From the human T2T-CHM13v2.0 reference genome, Homo sapiens: a DNA stretch of 64,000 bases. The stretch lies in NCBI RefSeq assembly GCF_009914755.1, contig NC_060927.1; one strand, written 5' to 3'. The notes beneath the pieces are model-generated. The model ran no database searches, had not been told where the DNA came from, and saw only the letters and a program-made list of their open reading frames with translations. Position numbers and translations under genes: made by a program. Within the stretch, counting starts at the first letter, position 1. Every line of letters begins with the position of its first letter. Below, piece by piece: positions 1 to 13,140 of the stretch.

Positions 1-1914
1 TGAACTTGGAGGTGGGGCAACCATTCAGTCCATTGTAATGGAAAATAAACACTTTTAAATATTTTTTAAAAAGAAAAGAAAGATGACATTTCTATATCAA
101 GCTTAGGTTGCAAAAAAAATGGTGATCTGCCAGAATGAGGTAGATGATAAAGAAATTGACTTTGGGGAAATGAGTTCAAAATAATACAAGTTGAGTTTTA
201 GTAAAATTTTGTATTTAAGTCTTTTAGGCAGTTGTGTCTATAGAATTGGTAATGTGTGAAACACTAAACCTAAGATTGCATATTAACAGCCTTTTATATG
301 GAGATGGTAGCTGGCCCAAAGGAGTGAGTAAAATCAGAGAGAGGGTATTGGTAGAGAAAATAGAAGTCGTTTTATTTGAAAATAATCCAGAGAAGCAATT
401 CCTTGGTGCTGATTATGGACAGCCACTGATGGAACTGTGGTTATATGGAAAGAAATCCACTAGATGATGCTTTTTTGTCCCATCTGAAATAACATCACGA
501 AAGATTCTACTTAGAATCCATGACCTATATTTCAGGCCAAATTCTTCTTTGTTTCTCTATTAAGCTAATTCTTGACATTTGCCTAAAGCGAATTCTAGGT
601 TTTTATATGGTTTTATTTTACCTGGTCTTCTGTATTAAAAAAAAAAAAATGAAAACCAACCAAACAAAAAGAAATCTTTCTTTTGAATAAATTACTATGT
701 TGGATGTTGGATATACATTTAGAAGATAAAAACCAAAAGCTAGAAGAACAATTTACTGATATGCAGAATGAATAAAAGCATTTCTTTTCAAGCTTCTAGA
801 ATTCACTGCTGTTTCAAATCTTTTCCTAGAATAATAAAGGTCCAAATGGGCAGATAAAAATGCTAATTAAATTGGCTTTTAGCTCCAGCACTGTAAGGTT
901 TGTGATAATTACTAGCCATTCTCTGTCACATTAGACAGATGAGGCTTAACCTCAAAACTAGCAGAAGAAAATCAACATTCTTAGGAACTTTGTTCAGGTC
1001 CTCTTACACTTTTTCTTAAATTACTATTATTAGTCATTTTAAAAGGATTTCTATTTGACTTTTTGCAGGATACTCATGTTTTCTGCAATACAATAGCATT
1101 TGCAATTTAGTTACTTTTGCTTGTTTTTTTATTTTGTTTTGTTATTAATTCCGGTGGGGTTATTAGATGAGGAGGGGCAAAGACTTGTCAGTTATTTGAG
1201 ATACTATCTTTGGCTAAATTTGGTTGGTGTTGCCTCTGTGACTTTCTCAGGGCAAGAAAGAGTGAATGTTTTAGTGAACTAAAGGGTCAATTTGACTTAG
1301 TGAAAAGTTTGAAAAATTTAAGAAAAACTGATTGTTTTGCTGGATTGATAAAGTCAGAATAATTTTCATGTCTTGGGAAAACAGATAAAGAGGGACTCAA
1401 GTAGTCTAAGAGAATACCTGCTGCAACTATTTACTTTCAGAAAGATTAGTAACTTATTCTGAAAAATAGAATCTTATATGCCTCCATATTTGTCTTGGAC
1501 TAAATTATGTTTAAGATAGTTCTTATGGTTTATGTTTCTATATCAATTTTAAATTGAATCAAATTTGTTATTAGGTTGTTTCCCGATAAATCCTTTGTTT
1601 GAATTATTTTCTAGCAAATATTACCATTTGGTTTCAGATCTGACTACTACTGAAAATAAACTTTAGGTTTTATCTACTTCCTCAACATTTATTTCAGTTT
1701 TAATAATACCCTGATCTTTGACTGTCTCAGGTACTGGGGTACTAAAGCTACTTTCCTGTTCATGCTGTTTTCAAAGACCTTTTGAAATGGCAACATCTTG
1801 AGAAAACTTAGAATAATCACAAAAGGCAGTCTACAATCTCAATCCTCAATTTTTATATAAATGAAAGCTTTCATCAAACTATAGTTTAGATTCTAGACCA
1901 TAACTATTATTCTT

Positions 1915-2574
1915 TTTTTTATTATACTTTAAGTTCTAAGGTACATGTGCACAACATGCAGGTTTGTTACATATGTATACATGTGCCATGTTGGTGTGCT
2001 GCACCCATTAACTCATCATTTAAACAGGTATATCTCCTAATGCTATCCCTGCCCCCTCCCCTAACCCCACAACAGGCCCCTGTGTGTGATGTTCCCCTTC
2101 CTGTGTCCAAGTGTTCTCATTGTTCAATTCCCACCTATGAGTGAGAACATGCAGTGTTTGGTTTTTGGTCCTTGCGATAGTTTGCTGAGAATGATGGTTT
2201 CCAGCTTCATCCATGTCCCTACAAAGGACATGAACTCATCCTTTTTTATGGCTGCATAGTATTCCATGGTGTATATGTGCCACATTTTCTTAATCCAGTC
2301 TATCATTGATGGACATTTGGGTTGGTTCCAAGTCTTTGCTATTGTGAATAGTGCCGCAATAAACATACATGTGCATGTGTCTTTATAACAGCATGACTTA
2401 TAATCCTTTGGGTGTATACCCAGTAATGGGATGGCTGGGTCAAATGGTATTTCTAGTTCTAGATCCTTGAGGAATCGCCACACTGTCTTCCACAATGGTT
2501 GAGCTAGTTTACAGTCCCACCAACAGTGTAAAAGTGTTTCTATTTCTCCACATCCTCTCCAGCACCTGTTGTTT
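1915..2574 (-). mobile_element. 5'-truncated young primate L1 (L1PA3-5-like): ORF2 C-terminus, 3'UTR and poly(A)
   Basis: ORF 2124..2495(-) is the L1 ORF2 C-terminus (WRFLKDLELEIPFDPAIPLLG...SLIGGN); poly(T) head; candidate TSD ttattctt at 1907-1914 and 2573-2580, giving an endonuclease-type TT/AAGA site on the minus strand. Confidence 0.97.
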
Positions 2575-3189
2575 ATTCTTAACTTTAGAATAAGACCTCA
2601 AACATTAGTCATAATACTGTGATGAAACTGAATTATGCTTTTGCTTCACTGCAAACTATATTTCAAATCAAATTCATAAATAATTTCATCCAAAAAACTG
2701 TTTTCGAGTTAGGCCCAAACTTCCAAATCCCTGAAATCACTGTTTGATATTTCTAGGCCAGCTGCTTCTAGCAACCTTGCCTTGCTCCCAAACACACAGT
2801 CTTTACAACATCTCTTTTTCACACACAAACATTGAGTGGCATTCACACCTGTGAGGCATTCCCCGTGCTGTTTTTAAACTCTTTCACTTAAAAATGCACA
2901 TCAGCATTCATATGATATGAGTCAAGCTGTCCACAGAAAAAGCTCAATGACTGCCTAATGTATATAGAGTAGAAATATAGCATTTATTTGAAGATTGTAG
3001 CTTTTATCTTTTACAGCATTTCCCATGATCATGTAAACCCTAGATGACAATGTTGCCCACAGAGGGACACATACACTTGCTCTAGCCCAGACCCCTGAAA
3101 GCATCCTTAATTCCTCCCAACCCATCAGCCAGGCTGTTAGCCCTATCTTCAACACTGAACTTGCCACCTCTAGGACCACTTCTCAGCTA

Positions 3190-3780
3190 TAACTTCTCAG
3201 TTCTAGCCACTGCATGTTTTGCCTAGGCCACTGTAACATCCTCCTCCCTGGGTTTCTTGTTTCCATTCTCAATTGGCTATGGTCCGTTCTTTACACAGCA
3301 GTAACAGTGATCTTCTATAGGCAAATATCAGAGTATGCATTGCTAAACAAAACCATAGAATTAAACCCAGGCATCTCTCCAAGTGTTGTAAGTCTTTGCA
3401 TGGCCAGTTCCATTCGCCCTGAGCCTCCTGCAGCTTCTGTTTTTTCCTTGCTAGGCTCCAGGTGCACAGCTCTGTTCTGTAAAAGAAAACACAGAGGCTT
3501 TGTCTGACTTAGCACCTTCGCTGGAGTAGCCTATTTACCACCCTTTTCTCCACTGATTCTCCTCATTACTTCCCATCACATAACCATGTTTATTTCCTTT
3601 ACAGACTTTCAGCAAACACTGATGTTACTTTTTATTTACCATGTGTTCATTTTCTTCCTGTGCCTAGCAAAATGCAAGTTTTCTGAGGGTGATGGCTTGC
3701 CTCTTTCCTTCACCATTTTATATACTGCGTCTGAACTCATGTCTGATTAGGAGATGCTCAATAATATGTATTGACTTGTC
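3190..3780 (+). mobile_element. L2 LINE 3' fragment
   Basis: Diverged L2 motifs (ctgtaacatcctcct..., acacagcagtaacagtgatctt) and the L2 3' end (aatgcaagttttctgaggg...gatgctcaataatatgtattga). Confidence 0.75.
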
Positions 3781-3924
3781 ATCCATGTATTCATTCACTG
3801 AACAATATCAAAAATCCAATTCCAGATACCAATTATTTGCTTACAATATCAAGCATGTTTTATATATTCTGTTATGACACAGTTTTGCACATTAAAGAGC
3901 CCCCAACACACATAAAGGAGGATG

Positions 3925-4020
3925 ACATCATGGAAAGAACATGAATTTCAGCCATAGACAAAACTAGATTTAAATTTTAGCTTCTAGCACTTACTAACTC
4001 TGTGACCATCTGAGATTCTT
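3925..4020 (+). mobile_element. MIR fragment
   Basis: MIR-like ggaaagaacatgaattt...cacttactaactctgtgacc. Confidence 0.65.
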
Positions 4021-4029
4021 TTTTGGCCA

Positions 4030-4250
4030 TTGGTGTTAAGAATGATGTTTACACTTGGGAAAAGTGATCAGGCTGTGACTGTAAAGAGCATGAATAAGGA
4101 TTCCAAGATGTTCATAATGTTTCATTTCTTGACCTGGGAAGTAGTTACACAAGTGTGTTCAATGATAATTCAGTGATTTGCACATTTATAATAGATGTGA
4201 TTTTCTGTGTGTGCTTGTGTGTGCATCATTCCTAAATTAAAATGTAAATA
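4030..4250 (+). mobile_element. Ancient L1 (L1MC/L1ME) 3' end fragment
   Basis: aatgtttcatttcttgacctgggaagtagttacacaagtgtgttca resembles old L1M 3'UTR. Confidence 0.55.
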
Positions 4251-5328
4251 AAATAGTAAATTGCTGGGTCCAGCGGTCTGAAGAATGCTCAGTTCTTGAA
4301 AGTTATTGCCAAATTTTCTTTCTAAAATTTACTGCTAATTTACATTCCCATCATTTGCTCACTCATCCAATCAACATATGTTTACTGTTTACTCTCTATA
4401 TCACCAGTAACAACAGGCATTTGCCAACTCAGAAACATTAAAATATATCTTTCGCAAGAGTCAAATTTATAACATTTAAATTTTTAATAACTAGTGAAGC
4501 ATAATTTGTAGTAATTTTGTTTTCCACTGAAATGTGTTTTCTTGTTAATTATCCACCATTCAGATTGTGTAAATTTTTGTTACATTTTATGTTTTTAAAG
4601 TACTAATTAATAATTAATTCTCAAATAGTATTTAGTATTATCTCTAATTTTTCTTTTTATAAATAGGGATTCTGAAGAGAGATTGAGGTTCTATAAAATT
4701 TCTACCAAACTTATCTTTCACTTGTGCTCTCATTCTTTTATTCAACAAAAGATTGGAATGGAGTATACTGAAATACTGAGAGAAACTTGACTTGCAAGTA
4801 AAGATAATTTGAATTTTCTTATTTATATATTTGAAATTTTTACGTTTTCCAAACACAGTGTTTATAATTTAAATAAATAAATAAAAGCTAAGTAAGGTAG
4901 AGAGTACAGAATTTGATGCATAGAATGTTTTCTTTTCTTCATACCACTCTTTATTACCCCCTTTATTATCTCCTCTTTCCTAGCCCAATTTCTCTATGCT
5001 GTAACAATTCTAGAATGATTATAATCTACTAAATTTGAAGTTCCTTGGTGGAGAATATGTGCTCATCTTTGTAAACAAATACAGAAATCTAATAGAAGAA
5101 TTATGACCATAAAACTTTAGTGGCTTAGTAGCAATAGTAGTAGAAATTCTGTGTATCCTTTTAGAGGCTGTTGAGAATTTTTTAAACTGTAGATTGATGA
5201 TGGTGACCAGTTGTGATGGTTGAAAATACTTATTGACCATTTAATATGTGTCAGTCATTCTACTAAGCACTTTATTTGCCTCATCTTATTTAACCCTCAT
5301 AATGTATCTGCACTATACGTTTTAGTAT

Positions 5329-6778
5329 TGAGAGGTGACAAGGTGCTAGCAGCCCTTGCTCGCTCTCCACACCTCCTCAGGCCATGGCGTCCATTCTGGC
5401 AGAGCTTGAGGAGCCCTTCATCCCGCTGCTGCACTGTGGGAGCCCCTCTCTGGGCTGGCCAAGGTGGGAACCGGCTCCCTCTGCTCGCAAGGAGGTGTGG
5501 AGGGAGAGGCGCGGGCGGGAACCTGGGCTGCTCGTGGCCCTCGCAGGCCAGCGTGAGTTCTGAGCGGGCGTGGGCTGGGCCCTGCACTTGGAGCAGCTGG
5601 CCGGCGCCGCTGGCCCTGGGCAGTGAGGGGCTTAGCACCCAGGCCAGCAGCTGTGGAGGGTGTGCCAGTCCCCCAGTGCTGCTGGCCGCCCACTCTGTGC
5701 TTGAATTCTCGCAGGGCCTCAGCCACCTCCCCGCGGGGCAGGGATTGGGACCTGCAGCCTGCCATGCCCGAGCCCCTCCCACCCCCTGGCCCCCCACCCC
5801 CCTTGGGCTCCCACGCAGCCTGAGCCTCCCTGATGGGCACTGCCCCCTGCTCCATGGCACCTGGTCCCATCGACCGCCCAAGGTCTGAGGAGTGCAGGTG
5901 CGGGCCAGGGACTGGCAGGCAACTCCGCCTGCAGCCCTGGCTCGGGATCCATTAGCTGAAGCCAGCTGGGCTCCTGAGTTGGGTGGGGACTCCAAGAACT
6001 TTTATGTCTAGCTGGAGGATTATATGTGTACCAGTCAGCACTCTGTGTCTAGCTAATCTGGTGGGGACTCGGAGAACTTTTATGTCTAGCTAGAGGATTG
6101 TAAATGCACCAATCAGCACTCTGTGTCTAGCTAAAGGTTTGTAAACACACCAATCAGTGCTCTGTGTCTAGCTAATCTAGTGGCGACTTGGAGAACTTTT
6201 GTGTCTAGCTCAAGGTTCATAAATGCACCAATCAGCACCCTGTCAAAATGGGCCAATCAGCTCTCTGTAAAATGGGCCAGTCAGCTCTCTGTAAAATGGA
6301 CCAATCAGCAGGATGGGGGTGGGGTCAGATAAGGGAATAAATGCAGGCTCCCCCAGCCAGGAGCGGCAAAAGGGCTGGGGTCCTGTTCCATGCTGTGGAG
6401 GTTTTGTTCTTTCGCTCATTGTGATAAATATTGCTGCTGTTCACTCTGGGTGTGCTCTGCCTTTATGAGCTGTAACACTCACTGAGAAGGTCCGCAGCTT
6501 CACTCTTGAGGCCAGCAAGACCATGAACCCACCGGGAATGAACAACTCCAGATGTGCTGCCTTAAGAGGTGTAACGCTCATGGCGGAGGTCTGCAGCTTC
6601 ACTCCTGAACCCAGCAAGACCAGGAACCCACCAGAAGGAAGACAGTCCGAACACGTCCAAACATTAGAAAGAACAAACTTTGGACACACCACTTTTAAGA
6701 ACTGTAACACTCACCGTGAGGGTCCGTGGCTTCATTCTTGAAGTCAGTGAGACCAAGAACCCACCGATTCCGGACACA
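5329..6778 (+). mobile_element. Solo ERV9 LTR (LTR12 family, probably LTR12D/E-like)
   Basis: Begins TGAGAGGTGACA and ends TCCGGACACA; GC-rich 5' U3, tandem CCAAT-containing units, U5 repeats (gcagcttcactc...); 4-bp TSD gtat/atat with one mismatch. Confidence 0.97.
5990..6345 (+). promoter_or_regulatory. ERV9/LTR12 U3 enhancer repeats and promoter
   Basis: CCAAT at 6109, 6150, 6228, 6253 and 6301; GGGGTGGGG 6316-6324; GATA 6328; AATAAA TATA-like box 6336-6341. This is the established NF-Y/GATA architecture of ERV9 LTRs; activity here is not shown. Confidence 0.7.
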
Positions 6779-7309
6779 ATATTATCTCCATTTTATATAG
6801 GAGGAAACAAGGCCTTATAGAGATTGTGTAATCTATGCAAAGACACGCAGCTAGTAAATCATAGATCTGGGATTCAACCTTGGAAATATGAGCCCAGGGA
6901 CAAGTACAAAAAAGGATGGTGTGAGTTACAGTGAGTATGGCAGTTCTACAGGTGAGTACATGGTTCCTGTCCTCAAGGACCTCACAGTCTCCTCTTGGTA
7001 ACACATGACTGCAGCGTTCATCTTAACATGGTTGATAAATGTTATTCTGGAAGGAAGCATAAAGCCATGAGAGCATATAAGGGCTACATATACTCCATGT
7101 AAATGTTGAATGCCTTTTCTTAACATCCTGAAAGTGCTTTTTATCATTACTAAAGCAATATAGATTCATTGAAATGCAAGCCAAATACCTGTGTAAATAA
7201 AGTGAAGACACATTTAATATGAACAAAAGTTAATAAGCCTACGACTCGGGATGCTATTATCTTCTCAAATGTTTATCTGTATAATTTTATAGAACTGGGA
7301 TCCCAGAGC

Positions 7310-7530
7310 TCACACCCTGGTAACCAAATGCTCTGGCTCCATGACTCAGGCCTTTCCACATGGTGTTTCCTTAGCCTGGACTATTCTTCCTTCTAAATTT
7401 TGACTGGCAAGATTTACTACTACTTCAGGTCTCAGCTGAAATGTTAGCCTCAAAATAAATTAGTTTCCTTGTTAAACCCTTTTATACTGTAATATTTTTC
7501 ATCATTGGACTTACTACAGTTACATAAATA
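7310..7530 (+). mobile_element. L2 fragment
   Basis: ctcaggcctttccacatggtgtttccttagcctggactattcttcc...cttcaggtctcagctgaaatgt. Confidence 0.6.
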
Positions 7531-8629
7531 AGCGATTTATATTTAATGAGAGATTTTTGTATTTACTACTAACTCTTCACCAGTGACTATTTCTTTCACA
7601 GTGTATCGGAGCGGCACATGTTGGAGAAGTGATCACACATTAGCAGCTCCACTTAGAGGCTTGTAGGCTGTTATATTTAAATGTTAGACATTGAGTGTTT
7701 TAAGTTTCATTATGGGAGATTTTCCTGAAAATATTCTATAGCAGAAGTACTTGATAAATACATTTAAACTAATAATAAATGTTGAAAAAAACAATTATTT
7801 TTCCACCTCATCTTTAAAGTCTGAATAAAGTTTATTATATACCTACACCTGAAAGTAGTTATTAATTTTCTATAGCTGAACATCTACCTTGTTGACATTT
7901 TTATGCTATATATGCATGCTACAATGATAAAATGCCATACTTTGTACCCAATAAAATAAATAACTGTAAATAGAATGGCTCTATATAAAGATATTTACAT
8001 TTTAAGACCATTGACATCTAAAATGAATGTAACAGAATACCTTTTAGAGATACATAAAATATTTAATGAAGGGTTATTTATTCAATAATTTGAATTTATT
8101 CTCCTGGAAAAACATTCCTATCTAACTGCATTTTTATCAGTTACGTTCTACTGTTTTCCCCGTTTTTGTTGCTGAAAGTCAAGTTCAAAAATAGAAAGAA
8201 TAGTGAAATAATAGACTCAGTTATTCCTAATTCATTTAAAATTTGTCACATTAAAGTCATGTTTATATTTTGAAAGTATAATCCACCTTTTCTCATACCA
8301 AGTTATCTGCAACACATCTATAAATCTTGAGTAGTTGGTATTGATTTCATTTGGCATTATAACAGTGTTTTTGCATGTCTAACAGCTTAAAAGCAGAAAT
8401 TTGAGTATGGTTATGAATTATTATAATACAATTATCATAAATTAAATGTTGCCACTTACTACTTATCTTGCTTTATCAGTAATTCAGGCTAGGGTTAGAT
8501 AACTGTAAATACAATTCGGGAACGCTTATCTATGTGACCTAATTTTATACCTAATTTTTAAGCATTGTTCAAGATTTAATAATTTTAAAAATTAAGTAAT
8601 GTGGTTAAGATCACTAATTGACTCCTTAC

Positions 8630-9030
8630 AGCCCAGCCTCCTTTTTTTTTCATAGTAAGAAGACTATAATATTATTTAGGATAAAAACGAAGCCTATTAA
8701 GATAATAGATTTCTATGGCTTTCTGGAAGCTAGTTGTAGTTATGTAGGTAACTTTTGCCCTATTAAATGTAGGAAAAAGTACTGTCTGTGACTTCCACTA
8801 ATTCTCCTCCTCCTCTTATTTCTGCCACTTGTTTGCTGCCTTGAGCTTACGCAGTCATCTTTGACTGTGAGGGGATGTTTTAAGTGGTGGCTGCTTACAA
8901 CGAAGGCCAGGAACCAGTCCTTAAGTGTGTGTATCTGGATTTGTTTCTACAAGTATTAGTCTTTGTGTTGGAGCAAAGTCAGTTGGTATGTTTTGTATAT
9001 GCAACGACATTTAATCCTAAGTGAAACATA
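8630..9030 (+). mobile_element. Old ERVL-type LTR remnant (LTR33/LTR16-like)
   Basis: Diverged motifs gcagtcatctttgactgtgagg and terminal ttttgtatatgcaac...aatcctaa. Confidence 0.4.
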
Positions 9031-9274
9031 TTGATACTCATCTCAAATATCCAAACTTACTCAGAAATCAGATTGACAATTCAATTGTCCATTGCCTATA
9101 TGAAATGTATGTGACTTCCTCAACTGTAAATTCTAAAGTAGAGGAGATAAGATGCACTTATTGCCCAACACTGCAGATCTGAAAGGAGCTCCTAAGGACC
9201 TCAATGCTTTTCTTCCACTCACACCATTATAATATTATCTTCTAAATACTCATCTTTGTTTATTATCTATTACT

Positions 9275-9720
9275 ATTAATTATCTGTTAATATATAAGAA
9301 ATTACCACAAACTTAGTGGCTTAAAACAACATATGTTTGTGATCTTGCAGTTTCTTTAGCTCAGGAGTCTGGGCATGGCTTTGGTGTGTTCCCTGCTTCA
9401 GGGTCTCCTCTGAAAGCAGCAGTCGAGGTACCAGTGTGGCCACAGTCTTATCTCAATGATCAACTGCTTCCAAACTTATATGGTTGTTGTGGAATTCAAT
9501 TCCTTATTGGCTATGAGAGTGAGGCCTCAGCTCTTTCTTGGCTGTCAGCCAGAGGCTGCTCTCAGTTTCTGACTGGTTGTTCATCAGAGGCCACCTTCAC
9601 TAGCTTGCCACATGGACTTACTGACTACTTACTTACAACATGACTACTTACTTCATGCTAGACAGCAAGGAAGAGAATCTCTACCAAGACAGTTGTTACA
9701 ATCTTACGGTGTTTATCACA
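9275..9720 (-). mobile_element. MaLR LTR fragment (MLT1-type)
   Basis: aaattaccacaaacttagtggcttaaaacaaca...tcaggagtctgggcatggct is typical antisense MLT1. Confidence 0.8.
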
Positions 9721-9794
9721 GGTTGAAACAATATATTTATCCCAATTACTGCAATGAACCTCAGAAACTTCATAGAAACCAGAATTTAATTATG

Positions 9795-10008
9795 TATGCT
9801 CTTAAAAGTTGTTTCTCCACATTGTGAAATTGTAATGACATTTTAGTCTTTGAAAACCCATTCAATGATGTACATTTGTTCTTATCTTTTTGGTGCTCGT
9901 TTGATTAAATATGCTCTTAAAAGTTGTTTCTCCACATTGTGAAATTGTAACATGTTTGTCTTTGAAACCCCATTCAATGATGTACATTTATTCTTATCTT
10001 TCTGGTCC
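9795..10008. repeat. Direct tandem duplication, period about 115 bp
   Basis: tatgctcttaaaagttgtttctccacattgtgaaattgtaa...cccattcaatgatgtacattt starts at both 9795 and 9910. Confidence 0.95.
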
Positions 10009-10519
10009 TTACTTCTTATCAAGCATTTCATTTAAAAAATCATTTATATTCGAATTAAATTATTCCTCTACAACTGTATAATCTTTGAGTTTTATGGTTA
10101 TATATTATCTGTTAACTGCAAATATCAGTTAAAACCAGGACTGTATTTATTTTGAATTTTAAAAATATTGGATGCTTTCCAGTATGTTTATTTTCTATCA
10201 GTACATATGTATAATTTCCCTGAGACGAAATTTACAACCTGGATCCTGAGCTATGACAGTGATGTGTTAAGTATATGGTGATTATAAAATTAGCAATATC
10301 TGTTGCGTAAAGTGGATTTGGTAGCATATCACAATAAATATGTGAATTCCCTTGGTTATTTGGGGAATTGCATAAGAAAAATGAAAAATCTACTCTCATT
10401 TAACTAAATCTTGAAAAATGTTGAAAAAATAAACCAAATATGATGAAATAATTAAGATAACCAAGAGTTCTCCAGGCAGTTATTGCATATGAAAATTTCT
10501 CCAAATTTGTATTCTAGTC

Positions 10520-10705
10520 ATGTTACAGCTCTGATTTTTTACTAGCTAGCTGAGTTAAAGCAGCAAATCATTTAACAATTTCAAGTTGCAATTTCTTTAT
10601 TGACAAAATAGGGATACTAATACTGACTACATACAGATGTTATAAAGCTTAAATTGGACAGTGTGAAAGCCCATCACAAATTGCTGGATGAATGTTACTC
10701 ATTAA
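10520..10705 (+). mobile_element. MIR
   Basis: actagctagctgagttaaagcagcaaatcatttaac...aaaatagggatactaatac MIR core. Confidence 0.65.
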
Positions 10706-11744
10706 AATGTATATGATAATAGTTTGTCCAATATGAAACACCATTTATCCACAAGATATTTTAACTGAAATGCAGCATACAGATTTTTTCTATAATAGCA
10801 TTATTGGTGTATATGTTGGAAGTTTGCTTATTCAGCAAATACTATGCCTCATAAGCACATATTTGTTATGGGGCTGTAAAAAGATACAAGTAATTCTTAC
10901 ATATTTCTATTATTATCTATATTAATTGTGATAGGCAGAATGTACCTAACATAGCTGAGGTCTGCGTAAATGCTCTTTTCAGCAGGGAAACTGCCTGGAA
11001 TTTGGTGAACTACAAAACATGAAAAAAATGCTAAGTTAGCTGAGGACTTCTCAAAAGGAGGGTTATACTTTTTGTACGTTTATTTGTTATTCAGGTAACT
11101 ATTTCCTCCTCTTAAAAGATTATTAGCTTGATTTCATTTTGTTGTTGTCACTAATAATTCTCCCAGTAAGCAAGTGTCTCAATTGCTCTCTTCAATATTC
11201 TTCCTTCTTCAGGAAACTTGGAGATTGCTGTTGAAAGAGTTGGTTTTCCTTTGTCTAATTACCAGTAGAAGAATGGTAGAACTTAGTTCCATTCAGAAGT
11301 AACCAGGTGAAGAAACAATATAAAAGATGTATAGAGAAGGAGGTAAAAAAATTAATCATATTTCTACATTGACTGTGGGTCAGTCCTCTGTGACACACAG
11401 TCAACACAGAAATATGAGCAGTTTTCCCCATTGTGTTTGCTTTTTTTTCAAATTTTTAAAATCCATCTTTATTACTTGTGTAGGAAGTTTGTATGTGGAA
11501 CACATTGAATGAAAGACTGGATTCAAAAAATGATTTAGAAACTAGATGTAGAAACCTGATCAAGATATAACTTTAAATCTTTGTTCTGCAACAATCAAAT
11601 GGGAGGAAATAAAATTTGCTATTAAGTGTGTTTGGAGTATTAATCAAAATATTCTTTACTCAATTTTTTATATATGCCTTCAGCATTTTATCAAAACAGC
11701 ACATGCTAAGGAGAATAATAATCTTTATGTCTGTATATTGATAG

Positions 11745-12116
11745 AGTATTTTAAAATCATCTTCTGAAATTTGACCTCTTACCAGCATTTGATTTTATTT
11801 CTTCCTTCACGAAACACTCTCTTTCATTACCATCCATGACACCATACTTTTCCTATTTTTCCTCTGCTTCATAAGTCAATGATCTCAGTCTCAAAAGAGT
11901 CATTATCTTCAATCTAGGCAATAAATGGAATTTCCTGGGGCTCTTTCTTTCATTCTTCTCATTTTGTTCTCTCCTCTGAGGTGATTTCATCTTTCTCTAT
12001 ATTATTATTTATCATCCATATAATAATTCAACTTATCTAATAATAATAAAATTTAAAAAAAAATAATAATTCAACTCATCAATGTATATAACCAGACCAG
12101 GTCTCTTTCTTCGGAG

Positions 12117-12178
<62 letters not shown>

Positions 12179-13140
12179 CCCAAACTTCAAATACCCTTGA
12201 ATATTTATATCTCATATTAAATTTGATATGCCTAAGAGTAAACTGATATTACAAATAGCTTTCTCCTAAAACGAAGTAAATAAAAAGGCAATAATCCAGT
12301 ATCATTCCTTTCTTTTAATCTGACATGTCATGTCTTGATAAGTTTCACCATATTCCATCTGGGCATACAAGTCCAAAGCTTAGGAATTTTCATCAGCGCT
12401 GGCTACTGGCTTCTCTCTCCTCACATACTTATTTATCATCAAATTCTAAACATTTATGTGTTCAATACATGCCTTGTTTGTCTACTTCTCTGCCACTAGC
12501 ACCCTAGTTCAAGCTACTATTTTCTCCCATCTAGACTATTGCAACCATCCCCTGGTTAAATCTCCTAGAGTCCACTCTGGCTCCTTTTAGATCTGCTCTT
12601 CAGAGTGTAACTCCGTCTCAGGACACATTTCTGACACTGCCATGCCCCCACCAAATTTATTGAAATTACTTAATTGATTTCCCCTTGTTTTTAGAAAAAA
12701 GTCTAAAGTACTTAGAGTACAGAACACTTGCCTGGCTCCCAGTCTCCTTGTGCCACTTTCTATTGCTGTTTCGGTGTCTCAGGTTTGCTTTCATTTTCTT
12801 CTGCCACAGGGAGCTTATACATGCTGCACTTTGTCTTGTGCATTCTCACCAACCTCTCCCACGCTGACTATTTTTTATGAATTCCCTCAATACTGGCTCA
12901 AATACATTTTCATAGGAAAGCTTGCTGTGGTGCTCCAGTGTGTTTAGGTTCTCTAGTTAAAAACTGTCATATGCAGTGGTCCCTTCCTTTGTAACACTCT
13001 TCTCAGTCTCATTTTGTGTGTCTTTTTTATTTGGTGTGATTATCTGAATAATGTCTGTCTCTTTCTGTAGACACTAGACTTTCCCTCCTTACTCACCTGC
13101 AGTGCCCAGAGCATGGGAGCCTAAATAAGTATTTTGTTCA
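11745..13140 (+). mobile_element. L2 LINE fragment containing a microsatellite
   Basis: L2 body motifs (gaaacactctc...ccatgacacca; caccctagttcaagctac...ctagactattgcaa) and a 3' end near 13100-13140. Confidence 0.7.
12121..12178. repeat. Compound microsatellite (GT)20(AT)9
   Basis: Read directly. Confidence 0.98.

Larger units (their letters stand above)
5228..6890 (-). mobile_element. MIR split by the LTR12 insertion (halves about 5228-5328 and 6779-6890)
   Basis: ctaagcacttta...atttaaccctcataa on the left continues as attatctccattttatataggaggaaac...ctgggattcaacc on the right. Confidence 0.75.

Noticed and set aside
1-37. Possible tail of an MLT1 LTR at the window edge
   Set aside because: Too short to call with confidence.
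5220-5995. Longest ORFs (222 aa +, 232 aa -, 150 aa -) and a GC-rich island
   Set aside because: They lie in the GC-rich U3 of LTR12, where stops are rare; there are no protein motifs and it is not a host gene CpG island.
5990-6310. Repeated ~40-bp units resembling a CRISPR array
   Set aside because: These are ERV9 LTR enhancer repeats with no unique spacers, no cas genes and a eukaryotic context.
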